Source of the DNA: an uncultured Actinomycetes bacterium
Lineage (GTDB): Bacteria; Actinomycetota; Actinomycetes; Streptosporangiales; Streptosporangiaceae
Length of the DNA stretch: 64,000 nt
Assembly (NCBI GenBank): GCA_963806335.1
Contig: CAWDXO010000009.1
Span: forward strand, 165,269 to 229,268
Direction of reading: 5' to 3'
Shown here in pieces: positions 61,954 through 64,000 of the stretch. A model generated the notes under the pieces. That model did not search any database, was not told the origin of the DNA, and saw only the letters and a program-made list of their open reading frames with translations. How positions within the stretch are numbered: the first letter of the stretch is position 1; each line of letters opens with the position of its first letter. The position numbers and the translations under genes are program-made.

Positions 61954-62708
61954 GCTTTGACGTCGGCGCGGACGCTTACCTGCGTTTTATGGGGAAGTAC
62001 TCCGAGCCGCTGGCGGTGCGGTTCGCTGACCTGGCCGGCCTTAGCCGGGGGCAGCGGGCGCTCGACGTGGGCTGCGGGCCGGGAGCGCTGACGGCCGAGC
62101 TGGTCAGGCGGCTGGGAGCGAACGCGGTCCGCGCGGTGGACCCCTCGGCGTCTTTCGTGGCGGCGGCGCGGGAGCGGCTGCCAGGGGTCGATATCAGCCG
62201 GTCGGCGGCCGAGCAGCTGCCCTTCCCTGACGGCGTTTTCGATGCCGTGCTGGCGCAGTTGGTCGTGCATTTCATGGCCGATCCGGTGGCGGGCCTGCGG
62301 GAGATGGGCCGGGTCGCCAGCCCCGGCGGAACGGTGGCGGCATGCGTGTGGGATCACGCAAGCGGCCGCGGCCCGCTAGCCGTATTCTGGCGGGCGGTGC
62401 TCGAGCTTGACCCGGCGGCGCACGACGAGTCCGGCCTGGCCGGCGTCCGGGAGGGCCAGCTGGCCGGCCTTTTCGCCGAGGCGGGCCTGGGCCAGGCGCA
62501 GGCGGCGACCCTGAATGTCCGCGTGCGCTACGACTCGTTCGAGCAGTGGTGGGAGCCGTTCACGCTCGGAGTCGGCCCGGCCGGGGCGTACGTCGCGTCG
62601 CTGACCGAGGAGCAGCGCGCCGCGCTGCGGGAACACTGCCGGCCGCGGCTACCCGCCGGACCAGTCGAGGTCAGCGCCTTCGCGTGGGCGGCCGTGGCCC
62701 GGATCTGA
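61950..62708 (+). CDS. Class I SAM-dependent methyltransferase
   Basis: Motif I LDVGCGPGALT, and post-I FPDGVFDAVLAQLVVHF. Confidence 0.85.
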   Translation: MSFDVGADAYLRFMGKYSEPLAVRFADLAGLSRGQRALDVGCGPGALTAELVRRLGANAVRAVDPSASFVAAARERLPGVDISRSAAEQLPFPDGVFDAVLAQLVVHFMADPVAGLREMGRVASPGGTVAACVWDHASGRGPLAVFWRAVLELDPAAHDESGLAGVREGQLAGLFAEAGLGQAQAATLNVRVRYDSFEQWWEPFTLGVGPAGAYVASLTEEQRAALREHCRPRLPAGPVEVSAFAWAAVARI

Positions 62709-63422
62709 CGGTTCCTCCTTGGTGCCCCGGCCCTGGAAGAGGACGGCGGTGGACCAGGTGCGGACCATCCGGGCCGTCGGCTGCCGACGGCGCAGCCAGC
62801 GCAGCAGCGACCACACACCCGGCCGCAGGCCGTTCAGCTGGAGCTGGACCCCGCGGCGGGCACACTCGGAGATCAGGACCTGGCGGTCGACGAACAGGGC
62901 GGGATCGTGCAGCCCCGGGGGCGCGGCCCGCGGTATCCGCTCGGCCACCGTGATGACCAGAAGCCGCGCCAGGAAGGTGGCGGCGATGGTGTCGACGACC
63001 AGGACCCCGCCCGGACGAAGGACCCGGCACGCTTCCCGCACGGCCGCGCGCAGGTCCACCACGTGCTCGAGGATCTCGCCGGCGCAGACCACGTCGGCGC
63101 AGCCGTCGGCCAGCGGCAGGACGGAGGCATCGCCCTGGACCGCCGTCACGCCGTGCTCGGCCGCCTGGACCAGCGCGGACCTGGTGAGGTCCACTCCCAC
63201 CAGCCGGTACCCCAGCCCGGTGACGTGCGGGGCGAGCAAGCCGGCCCCGCAGCCTACGTCGACCAGCACCGCTCCCGGCCGGGCGGCGGGCGGGACCAGG
63301 GCCGCGCGGGCCTGCGCCAGCCAGTGCAGCATGGCGAACGTCCCGCGTGGATCCCACCATTGACCAGCCAGGTCGTCGTACTGAGCCGGGTCGTTTCTGA
63401 CCCGTCGCGTTATGGCTGCCAT
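62649..63422 (-). CDS. Class I SAM-dependent methyltransferase (UbiG-like)
   Basis: ATG 63422. Motifs: WWDPRGTFAMLHW, VLVDVGCGAGLL, DVVCAGEILEHV. It is divergent from the UbiA-family gene and has a convergent 60-nt overlap with the previous gene. Confidence 0.75.
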   Translation of the reverse strand: MAAITRRVRNDPAQYDDLAGQWWDPRGTFAMLHWLAQARAALVPPAARPGAVLVDVGCGAGLLAPHVTGLGYRLVGVDLTRSALVQAAEHGVTAVQGDASVLPLADGCADVVCAGEILEHVVDLRAAVREACRVLRPGGVLVVDTIAATFLARLLVITVAERIPRAAPPGLHDPALFVDRQVLISECARRGVQLQLNGLRPGVWSLLRWLRRRQPTARMVRTWSTAVLFQGRGTKEEPSDPGHGRPREGADLDWSGG

Positions 63423-63467
63423 CCCCCGATCTTCGCAGCATTGCCGGAGAAGACATAGGTTGGCGCC

Positions 63468-64000
63468 ATGGGCGGGGAACAGCAGGTCGGGCTGCCCGGC
63501 GTTCGCGGCGCCGGCCCGGCCATCGCATTGCTCCGCGCTTCCCACCCCGAGCCGACGGCTATGGTCACGGCGCTGACCGTCGCGCTGGCCATAGGAACCG
63601 GGCGCAGCGGCGTCGGCGTCGGCCTGGCGGGCGCCGCGGTGCTGGCCGGGCAGCTATCGGTCGGCTGGCACAACGACTGGCTGGACGCGGCGCGCGACAC
63701 GGCCGCCCGGCGGGCGGACAAGCCCGTCGCGGCCGGGCTCGTCTCCCGGCGCACCGTCGGCAGGTGCGCGCTGGCCGCCCTGATCGCCACCGTGCCGCTG
63801 TCTTTCGCGTCCGGCTGGCGGGCGGCCCTGGCCCACCTGACAGCGGTAGGCCTGGCCTGGGCGTACAACGCGCGGCTGAAGGCGACCGTCTTCTCGTTCG
63901 TGCCCTACGCGGTGGCGTTTCCCCTGCTGGTCGCCTTCGTTACCCTGGGCGGCCCCCAGGCCTCGTGGCCGCCGTGGTGGGCGCTGGCGGCCGCGGCCCT
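63468..64000 (+). CDS. UbiA-family prenyltransferase, 5' partial (runs off the window)
   Basis: Open frame from ATG 63468 to the window end, absent from the ORF track. It carries the motif HNDWLDAARD (NDxxDxxxD) and several TM helices. Confidence 0.7.
   Translation, partial: MGGEQQVGLPGVRGAGPAIALLRASHPEPTAMVTALTVALAIGTGRSGVGVGLAGAAVLAGQLSVGWHNDWLDAARDTAARRADKPVAAGLVSRRTVGRCALAALIATVPLSFASGWRAALAHLTAVGLAWAYNARLKATVFSFVPYAVAFPLLVAFVTLGGPQASWPPWWALAAAA

Noticed and set aside
1-64000. Whether the island is a mobile element or recent horizontal acquisition.
   Set aside because: I saw no integrase, transposase, tRNA attachment site or flanking direct repeats. Only small low-GC patches stand out (36.45-36.7 kb and 59.7-59.85 kb). 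The gene relics indicate internal rearrangement rather than mobility.

Overview
High-GC (roughly 70%) actinobacterial chromosomal segment with about 65 genes. I found no rRNA, tRNA, CRISPR array, transposase or integrase. All protein names come from motifs and domain order read in the translations; no database search was possible. About 57 kb of the window reads as a DevR/DosR-type dormancy (hypoxia) island. It encodes a DevR orthologue (193..909) and a two-GAF DevS/DosT-like kinase (1437..3167). It also carries six universal stress proteins, four PPOX-fold paralogues (one fused to an XRE HTH) and four CBS-pair+BON paralogues. Other dormancy-type genes are an alpha-crystallin, a WS/DGAT (Tgs-like) with FadD, and an Rv1733c-like membrane protein. 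On top of these sits a full fermentative/redox module. It comprises phosphoketolase, long-form Pta with a decayed ackA relic, orphan gap, and a translationally coupled usp-pgk-gpmA unit. It also includes PFOR flanked by GltD-like and DHOD-like subunits, a Zn-ADH, a flavodoxin-family protein, a Pat-type GNAT/NDP-forming-ACS fusion, and a group 3b [NiFe]-hydrogenase. The hydrogenase is split into two convergent operons, and its large subunit is translationally coupled to a dihaem cytochrome b. A 14-bp palindrome, GGGAC-N4-GTCCC, matches the core of the mycobacterial DevR box. It occurs six times perfectly and more than 20 times with 1-2 mismatches, almost always in promoter regions of these genes. 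The island is interrupted at 31.0-36.2 kb by a cell-envelope block: BlaI/BlaR1-like pair, UppP, a lipoprotein and a DprE1-like oxidase. Two intergenic regions of that block share a CTACA-N4-TGTAG operator. The right end (57.3-64 kb) holds an anti-sigma kinase, a C45-type hydrolase, an AI-2E permease flanked by two unannotated hydrophobic mini-ORFs, two methyltransferases and a partial UbiA prenyltransferase. The many long antisense ORFs in the track are GC-driven artefacts.
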